Below the pieces are notes generated by a model. It ran no database searches, was not told where the DNA came from, and saw only the letters and a program-made list of their open reading frames with translations. Positions 12,862-25,200 of a stretch of 64,000 bases of DNA are shown in pieces. Position numbers and translations under genes: made by a program. Positions within the stretch are counted from its first letter, which is position 1. Every line of letters starts with the position of its first letter. Source of the stretch: Amoebophrya sp. A120 (taxonomy: Eukaryota; Protista; Dinoflagellata); NCBI GenBank assembly GCA_905178155.1, contig CAJINV010000001.1, positions 5,474,757-5,538,756 of the forward strand, given 5' to 3'.

Positions 12862-14294
12862 ATGCCGCTGAAACAGCAGGATTTGAACGATGCGATGGAA
12901 AACGACTGGGCGATTGGGTTGACGCAGGCCCCCTGCAATATTCATGTAAAATTTCCAGTCGAGGTCAATGGGGCATGCCTGAGGAGAGGTTGGCCCACCT
13001 AGGTTTCATCTTCTGGACCCGTTGCATTGCAGTTGCTCGCCCTGAAGTCTTCTGTGGTTCAAGAATGTCAATGTTTTGCATTCTGTAGATGTGCTTTTTC
13101 ATAGAACCACTTCTTCTGGCAAGGCAAATCCCGCCTCGACTGCAAATTTCACCAGCATACGCGCCGAACCAGCCCAGTGTTGCCTTGCGTTTTGGTGCCT
13201 CCCAGGATGTCCCTGTGTGTCCGGGTAAGAATAAGGCACGCAAAATTCTTTTGCAGCCCCAAATATTGTGTTCGTTTTGATGCACTTTCCCAAAGAATGA
13301 GAAGCAAAGATCCATATGTTTCACACGTATTCAAAACCAGGTACCTGCAGCGAAAAGAGTTGATGAAGGTCACCGGCGAGCCCTACGTGTGTTGTGGGGG
13401 CATGTTTCCCTGTGGCCCTCTGAAGGACCCACAGGACGAGAACTGTCTATTTTGCGAAGCCTGCTGCTGCCCGCACTGCGCTGTTGTCGCGAATCGCTAC
13501 ATTGTGCAGACCCGGTTTTCTATACGAAACGGCCCCTGCGACGAGTTCATTCTCACCTTCATGTGCATCGTCAGTTGGACAATCTGCATCTTGGAAACAG
13601 CAGGATACGATGTGCCAGACGAAATCGAAGTCATTGTATTTGTTTGCTTCTCATGTTGCTATGCATATGAAACATGAGTCTCGGCTGGAAAAGCACTCTT
13701 ACAACTTCCTAGCGGGTGCATGAGGAGTAGTAAGACTCATGGGGACCATAAGTACTAAATTTTTACAATACTTACTAGGTCGACCTCCTGATTGACATTG
13801 TTTACGCCTGCATGCATGCCCAGCAGCACCACCAGATCGAGCTTATCAAGAAGACAGTTTATAAACCGCCAAGTCCGCAGGTGATTGTCATGTTGCCACC
13901 CGTGCAACAGGTATCGCATTGTTTTTGTTTGTTTTTAGCGATGTTATTTTTTTTCGTTTGTTGTGGACGCGTGCGCGTGCCACATTAAATTTTCGTGGTC
14001 TTCACTTTATCGATCCTGAATGCGATTCCACTTTGCCAGAATATGATCGCGAACGCGAAAATCGTGGCTCAACCTGGCGCACCGGTACCGCCGCAACAGT
14101 ATGGGCAAGCGCAGCCATACGGACAGGGTCAATACGGCTACCAGGGACAGCAAATGCAGGTGCAGCAACAGCCGATGTATTACCAGCAGCCACAGCAGCA
14201 GCAGATGTACTACCAGCAAGCGCCGCCGAACTACGGACAAGGCTATGGCGGCCAACAGCACGGTGGCATGCAGCCTTTGGGAGGCGGGAGGTAA
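12862..14294 (+). CDS. PLAC8-like Cys-rich membrane protein with Q/Y/G/P-rich tail
   Basis: NDWAIGLTQAPC..EPAQCCLAFWCLPGCPC, CLFCEACCCPHCAV, ACMHAQQ. Exons about 12862-12937, 13164-13224, 13341-13629, 13779-13910, 14040-14294. Confidence 0.72.
12938..13163 (+). mobile_element. Inverted-repeat non-canonical intron in the PLAC8-like gene
   Basis: ATATTCATGTAAAATTTCCAGTCGAGG (12938-12964) vs reverse complement of CCTCGACTGCAAATTTCACCAGCATAC (13134-13160), 21/27. Removing 226 nt joins QAPC to (T)EPAQCC. Confidence 0.65.
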
Positions 14295-15244
14295 GTCGAG
14301 ATTAATCGAGAAGACGTGCTGCAATTCAATTATCAATCTTTTGTGTGAGGACTGGTGTCCATCACGATTCAGATTCTTGTGTCTTCGACGTAGGTTGATG
14401 GAAAGACGTGCTTGTCACAGGTTTTCCTCAAAAATTTTCCGAAAACAACGCAACTGCCAGGTACTAGGTCCTCTTGACGCTCCAAGGTCGCTGGATTTTG
14501 CGCATGCAAGCTACAAAATGTGAAGGCACTTTCTGCAGGACGAGCAGAATCCTTCGATTCAGATGGTGCAAAAATCGTTGCCTAGCAGAGACGCCATCAA
14601 GAAGATCTTTTGCACTACATAGAAAATGATGCGCTTTTCTCCGGGTGTGGTGAGGAAAAATCGCCCTCGCACACGCAGAACTACTAAGAAAAAACGCTGG
14701 GTTTTGCAGAAGTAAAATATACATCTCACGCGCATAGGTTTCTGTCCAGTCATGTTTGTTGTCTTTTTTCTTGCTCTCGCAACCGATTGTCGATAGTGTT
14801 CACCATGGCTTCCCTGGGGGGGCGTGCGGGATCGGAAGGCAGTCTGTGCAAAATCGTCAAGTTTTTCTTTTGAGGAAAAAGGGAGGGGGAAAAATTGAAA
14901 ATAGCAAGACATTCGTCCACTTCTTCGATAGCACTTTCGCGCTTCAAATTTCCGTGTATATTTGTTTCGCCTGGAACAGCTCTCGCTTTTCCCCTCGGAA
15001 ACATCTGCGGTTTTAATCTTCCAGGGTGCACTCGGATATCATCGTTTGGGTTGGAAAGAGTCTATCGACTGGGAAGATCCGTTACTAGAGAGTCGCATCG
15101 GCTTCGTCGTGTACTATCGCGAAAAAGCTTTTTGGCAGGAGAAGTATCGAAGTACTTGCACCCCTACCGCAATTCCGAAGCAAATGTGTTTTAGCAGAAA
15201 AAACTCGAACTACAACTACTACGAAAAGAGGAAAGAAATACAAG

Positions 15245-16006
15245 ATGGCCGTGTCCGGCACCAGAATGCAGTACGCGGAATTTTTGAAAAGAGTTGCGGA
15301 GGATCTGGCGGTCGAGGTGGGGGCGGATTTCGATAGTGGCAAACTGACGCTGCCGGAAGATGGCGAAGCTTTCGGGGCCATGTATCAGCAGATAATGGGG
15401 ATGTTGGCGCAGAAGGTGCACGAAAACACCGAAAAAGCTGCTGACAAAGCGCTCCAGACGTTGCCAGCGGACGTCGTGAAAGTCGGAGTGTCGGGCTTCC
15501 TGAAGCCCGAGGCGGGCGGTGGCGACCCTGCGGGGAAGACCAAGGACGTCGAGCTACCGGCTGACTTGCCGGCGGCGGTTCTGACGATGCCCAACAAGTG
15601 CGTGGCGGCGGCGTGGTGCCGCAAAGTGACCACGGCAATGGATGCATGGGCAGCGAGTTACAAGCCGGAAATCATCAGCGCAGCCAGTGACGCGTGCCGA
15701 GAGTGCCGCTACAAGCGTGTGCGAGTGGAGATGGAGGCTCTCGGCGAGACAGGAGTGGATGACGGAGGACATCCCCTTGTGGTGCTTCGCGACTGCCCCC
15801 AAGTCCCTGACTTCGTTCGCTACGGGGCTCCGGACCACAACGATATGACGCTCATGATCACTTCCATCGTGGAGAAGCTCGCAGAAGATTTGTTGCGGTT
15901 GGGTTATTGTGTCGAATACAAAGACTGGGGAGGACGTACGATCTCGCAATCGGCATTCATAGAAGGAGATGGCCACTCATTCCACGTGACCTGGAGCTTC
16001 TCGTGA
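15245..16006 (+). CDS. Orphan tandem gene family member 1 (253 aa)
   Basis: Intronless ORF sharing ADFDSGKLTLP..AF..YQ.IM..LAQK.H..TE.AAD.ALQ.LPADVVKV.VSGFLK and CRxC with the ORFs at 16763 and 18889. Confidence 0.8.
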   Translation: MAVSGTRMQYAEFLKRVAEDLAVEVGADFDSGKLTLPEDGEAFGAMYQQIMGMLAQKVHENTEKAADKALQTLPADVVKVGVSGFLKPEAGGGDPAGKTKDVELPADLPAAVLTMPNKCVAAAWCRKVTTAMDAWAASYKPEIISAASDACRECRYKRVRVEMEALGETGVDDGGHPLVVLRDCPQVPDFVRYGAPDHNDMTLMITSIVEKLAEDLLRLGYCVEYKDWGGRTISQSAFIEGDGHSFHVTWSFS

Positions 16007-16762
16007 CTGCAAAAATTTAGAACTGCGTTGGACTTGGAGCTGCGTGAAAGATTGCGTGTGACAAAGTACTGCTGGTGAAAATTTTGTATACGGAAATGAA
16101 CAAAGAAGAAGAAGTACTTGCGCGTTTCTTCGCTGAGCTTGATCGCGTTTGTTCCGTCCGGTTTCTACCCGTCGTAAAAAGACGGCGACGATCAATCGTG
16201 TTTCCCCGGCATGTAGTACCTGCAACATCTCACGCGTTGCATGGCCATGGTGCTTCCTTCTGCATTCCGTTGATGATAGCTAGTGTTCATCATCATCTTT
16301 TTTGTCAGTCCAATCGGTCGGCTCCAAATCCAAGATGGGCGTCTCGGCTGCTCCAAAGCCAAAAATTCGGACTCTTAGTTGTGTTTTCAAAAACGGGGAA
16401 GCGTAGAGGTACAAGAGCACTCGCTTTGTTCGAAGGTTTCATCGAACATCGGTTTTGTGCTACTAACTTCGTTAGACCTCTCTCTCGCTCTCTCTGTCGG
16501 AATCATCTGCTCAGGTAGAAGCTCACCAGCGTTTAAACTCGGGGCGCACTCGTCGGAGAACATGACTCGGGGTGAATAGAGCAAGTAGTACTCTGGAAGA
16601 ATCGATTCGATTTAAGTGTTTATTCACTTGTCGTCACATCGTGGGGCAAGGAGGAAGCGAACGCACATAGATTTTTCTACCAGATAACGAAGCTCATTTA
16701 TCTAGAAGCAAGAAACTACAAAGATTCACTACCATTGCGAGAGGAAGAAGAATTCTTCAAAG

Positions 16763-17569
16763 ATGAGTGTTTCCGATGCACAGATGAAACACCTGATGAA
16801 CTGCGCGGACGAAGTTTCGTGCGAGGTGGAGGCCGATTTCGACAATGGTAAGCTTGCGCTGCCAGATACGGAGGCGGCTTTTAGCGACACCTACCAGGAG
16901 ATTATGAGACGCCTGGCGCAAAAACTCCACGACGAAACGGAAGCGGCCGCTGATGCGGCTTTGCAAAAGCTCCCCGCCGATGTGGTAAAAGTAGCAGTCA
17001 GCGGCTTTCTGAAGTCCCAATCCGAAATGGGTGACGGTGAACCGGCGGCCGATGCGCTCGACGCGTTTGCGTCTATAGTACCTGCCAGCGTCCTCACGAT
17101 GCCCAACGCTACTGTCAGCAGGGCGTGGAAAACAAATGCAAAAGAGGCGCGGGACAACTGGGCAGGGAGTTACAACGAACAAATTACCCGCGCAATCCGA
17201 AACGCCTGCCGGGGCTGTGTCCGCAAGTGCGTTCAGGTGAGGATTGAAGGGAGCGGCTGGGCAGAGCAGCGCGTGGTCGATGACGGAGCGCCGGCGACTG
17301 TGGTGCTCCGCAACTGCCCGCGACCTCCGCGCTTCGTTTCGGCGTACACGGTCGGTGGAAATGGAACTCCGATGGATGTTGATATCTTAATCAACCAGGA
17401 GAATCTCTCGCTGCTGAGAGCATCTGTGATCGAAAACATCGCGAAGGAGTTCGAGCGCTGGGATTACAAAATCGATTTCAAGTTGCCTATCCGTCGCACT
17501 GGTTTCGTGACGGAAGCCGAGTTCTTGCGCCATGGCTGCGGGTTCGACGTGACGTGGAGCGTTTCGTGA
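16763..17569 (+). CDS. Orphan tandem gene family member 2 (268 aa)
   Basis: Same conserved N-terminal block, CRGC motif and C-terminal FDVTWS. Confidence 0.8.
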   Translation: MSVSDAQMKHLMNCADEVSCEVEADFDNGKLALPDTEAAFSDTYQEIMRRLAQKLHDETEAAADAALQKLPADVVKVAVSGFLKSQSEMGDGEPAADALDAFASIVPASVLTMPNATVSRAWKTNAKEARDNWAGSYNEQITRAIRNACRGCVRKCVQVRIEGSGWAEQRVVDDGAPATVVLRNCPRPPRFVSAYTVGGNGTPMDVDILINQENLSLLRASVIENIAKEFERWDYKIDFKLPIRRTGFVTEAEFLRHGCGFDVTWSVS

Positions 17570-18042
17570 TTACGCACTTTGGGTGCTTGTCTGAAATTGG
17601 AGGTGCGAGAAATTGATACAAAAAGGTATCGAGCCTCCTGTTTACGATGAAATTAATACAACAGAGAGATTGAGGATGTATAATTGGACCGAAGAGCAGT
17701 CTAGGTCTTGTATATCTTGGATGTGATTTGTGGAAATTGAAATTCAAATTGTATTTTACAAAGACGAAGACTAAAAGTAATTGAAAAAGAAAATGCACCT
17801 GAGCATCTTCGTGGTCAAATTCGACTACGCATTTATTGTCGGCCGGTTTTTTCTATTTTCCGGTCGCGAAAGAAGCGACGCCTCCTCCAGTCGTGCTCCG
17901 GTGTGTACCGAGGAGCATGTCACACTCTTGACAAGAAAGGTTCTGCTAATCGAGAGAAGAAAGTTTTGATGATGTTGATGTTGATGTTTTTTCTGTCTTC
18001 GGATCTCGGTAAGTAGTGCCAGTCCAATTATCGTTTAACAAA

Positions 18043-18432
18043 ATGGGCGACTCGGCAGCAGCAGAACGCATTTTGACGATGGATGAATTTGTGCATGCAA
18101 ATTGCAGTCAATTCAAGCAAGTTCCGCCCGATATTTTCAAGGACCAGATGTCTCCGAGTGTCATTGAAGCCGTGACGGAAGTGATCGGTGCGCTTGGCGG
18201 CGAAATTCCAACCGGCGCAGAAGGCATCACGGAGATTGAAGACCCGTACAAAAAAGTGCAGGCGCTGAACGCCTTCCTGTTTCAGTTGATCTCGAATAAC
18301 AAGCCGGTTGTGACGGAAGAGGAATACAATGTGAAAAGGGAGCAGTTTCCCGATAAACTGCCTCCGTTCGGTCAGTTGTATGAGGCCGCGAGAAATCCTG
18401 ACCTGCCCATCAGCAGCGAAGAGGACGACTAA
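18043..18432 (+). CDS. Small acidic hypothetical protein (129 aa) inside the tandem array
   Basis: ATG in AAAATG context; coding-like ORF; no similarity seen to the flanking paralogs. Confidence 0.6.
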   Translation: MGDSAAAERILTMDEFVHANCSQFKQVPPDIFKDQMSPSVIEAVTEVIGALGGEIPTGAEGITEIEDPYKKVQALNAFLFQLISNNKPVVTEEEYNVKREQFPDKLPPFGQLYEAARNPDLPISSEEDD

Positions 18433-18888
18433 ACCTGGAATGTTTCCTCGTTGTAGAGTCAAGGACACTGCTGGTGCCTGGTATGTACGGATATGTCAAC
18501 AAGATGTAAAGGAAATGTTCATCTGGTGAAGTTCGCTTTTTGGTGGAGAGCGTTCGGTTGTGACGTGTTTTGTCGTCCTGGTTGTCCTTTTAGCCAGTTG
18601 AAAAAGCGACGCAATCCGTCGTGTATGTGTTCCAGTGTCTACTTACCGACGGCGTAGCTGCCCTTGATGAAAGAAACTGAAGTGGATCGCCACAACAAGA
18701 TGAAATGCATCAAGGCATCTAGAGCTCTGTGCAGGTCAACTTTCGGGTTGAGTAGATAGAGGACAAATGTGCGATAGGGAAAGCTCCGACAGAAATATCG
18801 AAGTAAGTTCTTGCGAGTCTTCTAATAGTATGCGACAAAAACTCTAGCTGCAACTGTTTTGGTGAAAGCAAACTACCGCATTGAAAAG

Positions 18889-19683
18889 ATGAGCTTGTCG
18901 CCTACCAGAGCGAACTACATGGAGTACTTGAAAAATCTTGCGGAGGAAGTGGCGCGCGAGGCAGAGGCGGGCTTCGACAGCGGTAAGCTGACGTTGCCGG
19001 ATAGTGCGGCGGCTTTCGCTGACACCTACCAGCTGCTCATGGGAATGCTGGCGCAGAAGCTCCATGAGCGGACGGAAACCGCTGCGGATGAAGCGCTGCA
19101 GTCACTCCCGGCGGATGTTGTCAAGGTGGTAGTCTCCGGCTTTTTGAAGAGCGAGGCGGGCGGTGCGGCGCTGAATCCAGTCGAGGACCTTGCGGCCGGC
19201 CTGCCACCCTGCGTGCTGGGAATGCCCAACAAAGCAGTTGCGCGGGCTTGGGGGACCAGGGTGAAAAAACTGCGAGACGAGTGGGTGTCGAGCCAGAGGG
19301 AGAAAATCACCGCCGAAATCCGCAAAGCCTGCCGGGGCTGCACCCACAAGACCGTGAAGGTGGAGCTGCACGACCCTCGAAGATGGGAGCAGCGGGTGCA
19401 CTGGAACCACGAGGGAAACCCCGCCCTTGTCGTCCTCCACAACTGGCCCGAAGTTCCACACTTCATAGATTCTTACGCTGGGATGAACCTGAACGGCTTC
19501 GACTTTCTGCGGGCTTCCGTTTTCGAGACGCTCATGCAAGATTTTGAGCGGCTGGGATATGATGTGCACGTGGTTTTGGATAACATTAACAACTGGAACA
19601 CCGAACCACTGAAGGAACTGACGAAGCAGGACTTCGCAACGCGAGGCACAGGATTTAAGATTTGTTGGAACATTTGGTTGTAG
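18889..19683 (+). CDS. Orphan tandem gene family member 3 (264 aa)
   Basis: Same conserved N-terminal block, CRGC motif, ends FKICWNIWL. Confidence 0.8.
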   Translation: MSLSPTRANYMEYLKNLAEEVAREAEAGFDSGKLTLPDSAAAFADTYQLLMGMLAQKLHERTETAADEALQSLPADVVKVVVSGFLKSEAGGAALNPVEDLAAGLPPCVLGMPNKAVARAWGTRVKKLRDEWVSSQREKITAEIRKACRGCTHKTVKVELHDPRRWEQRVHWNHEGNPALVVLHNWPEVPHFIDSYAGMNLNGFDFLRASVFETLMQDFERLGYDVHVVLDNINNWNTEPLKELTKQDFATRGTGFKICWNIWL

Positions 19684-20113
19684 AATCAAGCCGTCTGCGT
19701 TTGCTGGTACCGTGTGCGGATATGTCAGGGGTTTAAGCAGATGAAACAGAACTAAGTACTTGCGCGCATTCTCGCAGAGTGCGGATGCGACGTTTTGGTT
19801 TTTTTTGGCAAGTAGAACCAACCTTGCAATCCCTTGTGTTCCAGTGTGTACTTCTATCCGACGGTGTAGCTGCTGCCCTTGAGAGAATATGAAGCCAGCG
19901 GAGCGCCATAATAAGATGAGATACATTGAGATAAAATGTGGCTTCGTAAGGATCCCACGTCTCATCTAAATTGCGTAAAGGCGAGCGCTTATTAGCTGAC
20001 GTTTAATTTCGAGTGCGAATCTGGCGTTATTTGTCACGACCTCGCTGTTGTCTGAGAGGCTGCAACGCTCCCGGTGTCGAAGTACTGAACAAGTTTAAGC
20101 AACACAAACCAAG

Positions 20114-21295
20114 ATGGCAGACGCGCTCAACGAGAACGATGGCGTGGCAAGCCGGAAGCTCGGTATCGATCCACATGCTGTTGTGTTGCTGCCGCTCGAC
20201 AAGAGGCACCATTTTTGATTAGAAGCTTGCCAAATAATTCTGTCCATTTAATTTCTTTTCTTTTGCATCATCACAATCGCACAACAGGCGCGCTCCAGGA
20301 GCGATTCCAGAGTTTCGAGCGCACGATGGAGGATGAGACCAGAAGGCGGCGCGAAGCGGAAGACAGCAAACTCAGCGTCATGCGGGAGAGCATGGCAAAG
20401 CTCGAAAAAACGTTAAATAGCGAGATAAAAAGAAGGGTCGAGGCGAACAAGGTATCAAGAGGTTCACACCTGTTTGCATCTCAATGTCTGAATGAATAGA
20501 ATGCAAATACATGCTGTAGTCTGACGACGTGCTGTCGTGTTTGCAGCATTGCGTTCAATTTCTGCTGCAATCGACTCTCCTGTAACTACCGACCCTTACA
20601 GGCACTCCAGTCCATGTTCGAGTCCCAAATTGCCACGGTGCAGGACAAACTCGAGGCTGTTTTTGTGGAAAAGCTCAACCATTTGCAGCTCGCGGCGGAC
20701 GAACTGTCGGACCGGATGGCACTAGTCGAGAAAGACTTTGCCGTGGAGCGGGACAAATACATACGGGACCTGGAGGAGAAGAACGCGGTGGTGGCAAAAG
20801 ACGTAAACTTCCTACAAGACGCCTTCGATAACGAGAAAGTGAAACGAGCGGATAGGGACGCGGGGCTGCAGAAAAGGTAGTACGAGATGCGCTTCATTGG
20901 ATCAATCGATCATTTTTTGATTTCGATTTTGTACGTGATGCTAGTAGAATGGTATTGGAGTGACATCACATCCAGATGATCCGCTGATCGTATCTATCAT
21001 TTCTCACAGAATATCCGAGCACGAGTACCGCACAGAGACGCGGTTCGAGCAGGAGCGCGCTGCGCGGGAGCAAAAGTACCAAGCCTTGCGCGACGAGCTG
21101 CACCAGGCGAAACAGGTCCGTGCCAAGGGCGACGAAAAGTTCCAAACCTTCATTCTGGAAGAGGTAGCGTCGCTGAAAAACGGGTTGGTGCTGGAATCCG
21201 AGTCCCGGGAACAGGCCGATGATGACATTGTGCAAGCGCTGAACCACTACACGAAAGCCCTGCAGGACGCGCTGAGGATCGTGAATCAACCATAG
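20114..21295 (+). CDS. SF-assemblin (striated fiber assemblin) / beta-giardin family coiled-coil protein
   Basis: LEKTLNSEIKRRVEANKALQSMFE and ESESREQADDDIVQALNHYTKALQDALRIVN. Exons 20114-20162, 20288-20451, 20602-20876, 21010-21295, all in-frame GT-AG. Confidence 0.88.
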
Positions 21296-22238
21296 CTGGC
21301 GAGTTTTTGTGGTTTTCCCCATGGTCACAGCACGGAGAGCGTGTCGGGTCCGCTTTCCCCCGTCCCCGTTTGCGACGAGCAAAACACGAAGCACCTGCCC
21401 CGGGTTGAACGCGCGGGCGCGGCTCTTGGAAAAAGAAGAGAAGCCTGATGTAAAGATCATGAGGCAGCTGCTGAGAATAGACAGCGAGGAAAAATAATGC
21501 TTGCTGGCTGCCCTAAGAGACGATACTGCTCCAGGGATCGGAAAATCCTGAAAACGTGGTAGGTAGGCGTCTGCACAGGCGATCGCAGTGGCGGACTGCG
21601 ATGCCGGTGAGAGTCACCGATGGTTCTTGTACTCTGGAAAAAGAGAATCTGAAAGTGTGAGAACAAGCTCAAGCATTTAGTGGAAGACAAAAGTGACGAG
21701 GGCGCCCTCTGCTTCAATGGCTTTCACATTTCCGGAAGAGGCTATCAGAGGGCTTTCGATTTCCTCTGCTTTTCAGTGTGTCTGCTACTTTGGCATCAAG
21801 CCATCAAAAGACGAAGATCATAAACGACGAACGATGATGAAGTCGCAGATCAAATAAAATGCTTGTAAATATTCTCGCCTAGTAGATTTGAATTCACAAA
21901 CGATCAAGACGAACGACATAACCACCTGTCACGGAAGATCCCAGTCAAATCCAGGATCCTTTAAGGAGTAGTTGGAAGATCAATAATTGGGATCCGGCTT
22001 TGCTTTATCACGATCGCAGTTGATCTGAGTTTTTCTATCCGACTAAAGTCGCCTACGTTTTTGTTTTCAACAGTTTGGCGAGCTCACGCTATTGACGTAG
22101 AAAGACAGATGAGACCACCTAGGAACGATTATCAACGAGCGAATGATAGTAGATGAATGTAAGTTTCGATTTCATATCTGCTCGTGTTTTTCAGGCGACA
22201 CCGACATCGACACAAGTTGAGCTTCATAGATATTCAAA

Positions 22239-25200
22239 ATGGTGCGCCACAAGAAGGGAGAGAAAAGCCTGGGCAAGCAAGCGAGAGCCCTGAAGCGCAT
22301 GCTGCAGGCTGCGCGGAAGACGGACGAAGAAGCGGAGCAGAGCAAGCCGGTGTCTATCGATAGAAAAAAAAGTGAAAGTCGTTCAGAAAGCGTCAGAAGC
22401 AGAGGCCAACTCAGCAGTGCGGCTTCGAAGAAGCCCGCGCAGCAGAGCAGCTCACCTTCACAAGAAGACGAGGAGGAGGAGGAGCCTGGTTCTGAAGATG
22501 TGGCACCTCCCGCTGCTACGGGAAAGGAGACGCCCTCCGTTCCAATTGCTGCTGCTTCGGCAGAAGATAAACAACCGGGATCGTCTTTATCTTCCGAGGA
22601 AGAAGAGATAGATTCCGAATCTGAAGTGAAGAACAACATTGAAAATGCAAGCAGAAATAAATCAGCACTATTTGCAGGAGGAGCCTCCTCCCTTTCCAAA
22701 GAAGACATCGACACCGAGGCTTCGGAGGAAGAAGAAGTTGTCCTCTACGATGTGCCCGAGCAGTCGAAGAAAGACATGGACGCGCTGAGTGCTGGTGGCT
22801 CCCCAGCTGCAGAAGAGATCGTGGCGGACAAGAGTGGAGGTGCGGCCACCCTTGGTGATCCGAGTTTCTCCTCGGAGGAAGAGGAGGACAGACTATCAAT
22901 TTCGGAGGAGGAGGAGGAAATGTCCTTGTCCCTGGACGAAGACCCGAAACGAACCGCGGTCGAAAGCATTCCTCTAGTAGTTGGCAAAAATGGTCGTGGT
23001 AATAGAAAAGACCTGAGCGGTAATTCGAGTAAACATGTATCCTTTGCGCTGGATGAGGGGACAAGTAGGGAGCATACCCTGAAGAAGGATGCCGACCCTA
23101 CAACTAGCAGCGCTCTCTTAGCGGGCCAAGTGCCTGCTGAAACCAAAAGACACGCTGACGCACAGGATAAGCACAATCCCGAGGTAGAGATATCATCAAG
23201 CGACGAAGAAGAGGAAGAAGATTCGGATCCAGAGGACCTTGATCTGGAAGAAATCGACGACAAGCTCTTCAACAGCAGCTCAAGAAAAGCTCTACAAAAT
23301 TCTGCGGACGAAGCGTCTTCCGATGAGGAAAAAGAAAGCGTTGACATGCGATACTGGAAAGAGTGCTTCAATTACGGGGCGGGCGGTAATTTCCGCTGCT
23401 CTCGCATGGGCTCCGGCGCGCAGATCCATTCCGACAATCGCGTCGGCGATTTTTTCCTGGTCTCCGGGCGAAAGTTCCAGGTGAAAGGAAGCCTATCTGC
23501 TAGCAGTAATAAGAGTGATATCGCAGCTATTCCCACCTCACTCGTCTTTGAGTGTCTCGGTGCTGTGTGCAAAGCGGACGTCTGGTACGAGTTTTCGTGT
23601 CCGAAAGAGTTCCCGCGCTTGGAGATCCGGATGCTGGCCGGCGGGGATTTGGAGTTCCAGGGCGAGGATGATTTGATCGTCGATAAATTCACGATGGAAA
23701 AAGCAAACAATGACTCCAGCGACAATCGCGATACGAACTTTCTGAAAGCGATGACCGTGCCCGAGTATGGAAAAGAGCCCTTCGACATTCAAGACCGACG
23801 GCACAAGGCGCAAAACCTGGCGACGTTCAAAAACATGCAACAGGAGCAGAAGCAGATCGAAGTCGACGGCAATTTTTACGACAGCGACGGGGACGAGGAA
23901 GCCACCTTCACGGGCGACGACATACACGCGACGTTGCCCTCGCCGTTGTGCGTGCCCGCGAAGTGGCAGGAGTTGATCCCGGTAGCAATGGAGAAGCGTT
24001 CGATCGCGGTGCTGGGGGCTAAAGGCCAGGGAAAATCGGCGCTACTTCGGTTCTTGCAGAACAAACTGCTGACGGCTGGTGCGAGGCATTTGTACTACCT
24101 CGACTGCGACCTTGGGCAACCGGAGCTGACGCCGCCTGGCTTCGTCAGTCTGACGCAGATCGAGAAACCCCTACTCTATTCCGACGCGGCAGTGTCGCAA
24201 CTGACGACCTGCGGGGACGAAGATACGAACAATAAGAACATCAAGTTTCTGCACCGGAAGTTCCTCGGGCAAGTGACGGCGGAGTCTATGACCTGCTTAA
24301 ACGTTACAATCCCAAATGTTACAATAGAATCTGGGATTTGTGTCGCGTGATGAGCATGACAGACTCCCAGAGCGTTCCACTTTCTGCAATACAAATTTCG
24401 CCAGATTCTAGTGCGGTTCGGAGCTCCGAAGCCTGTCATGCGCAATCCTATGAGAGTTGGCTAGGTAATGCACTTCTTGCAACACAAATTCCACATTCTA
24501 TTGTAACGTTTGAGATTGTAACACCTGAGCAGGTTATAGAGTCCGACCCGGAGTTCTACCTGGAGTCCGTGGCGGCCTGCTTCGAAACGCTGGTGGCGCG
24601 GCTGCGGTCGCTGGGCGCGGAGGACATTGTGGAGGCGAAGAAGATCGTGCTGGTGGTCAATTTACCCGGCTGGATCACCGGGCTGGGCTACCATTTAGCG
24701 CAGACGATCGTCAACATTTGCCAAATAGACATGCTCGTGCGGCTGAACGTCGAAACGGAGAAACTGGAACTGCTCGCGCAGGAAAACTCGCCGTTTGAAT
24801 CGTCTTTACTCTTACAAGCGGGCAGAAGTTGCCTCCACCGACCGCTGCTGCAGAAACCGACGGAGTTCTCTGGGGAGGTTGCGAAGAACAAGCACGATTC
24901 GTTCAGGCAGGGGCAGGACTGGCCAAGGTCGAGGACCTACGAAACGTTCGATATGGACGGTTTCAGGAATTTGAAGGAGGAAGAATTAAGAAGTGCCGGG
25001 TTTGGAGGAGATGAAAACCAAAATCGGGGTACTTTCGAAAAGCTCCGAGCAACCGTTCCACCTCCATCTCGTTTACCGAAAGAGTTGCGTTGGCTGCGGT
25101 TTTCTCTCGCGTTCCACCCGGATTTCACCGTGTCCAAAAACCTACTCCTCTTTCCACCGCAGACACAGCTGGCGCAGCGCGACCTCTTTGGCAAGCCACC

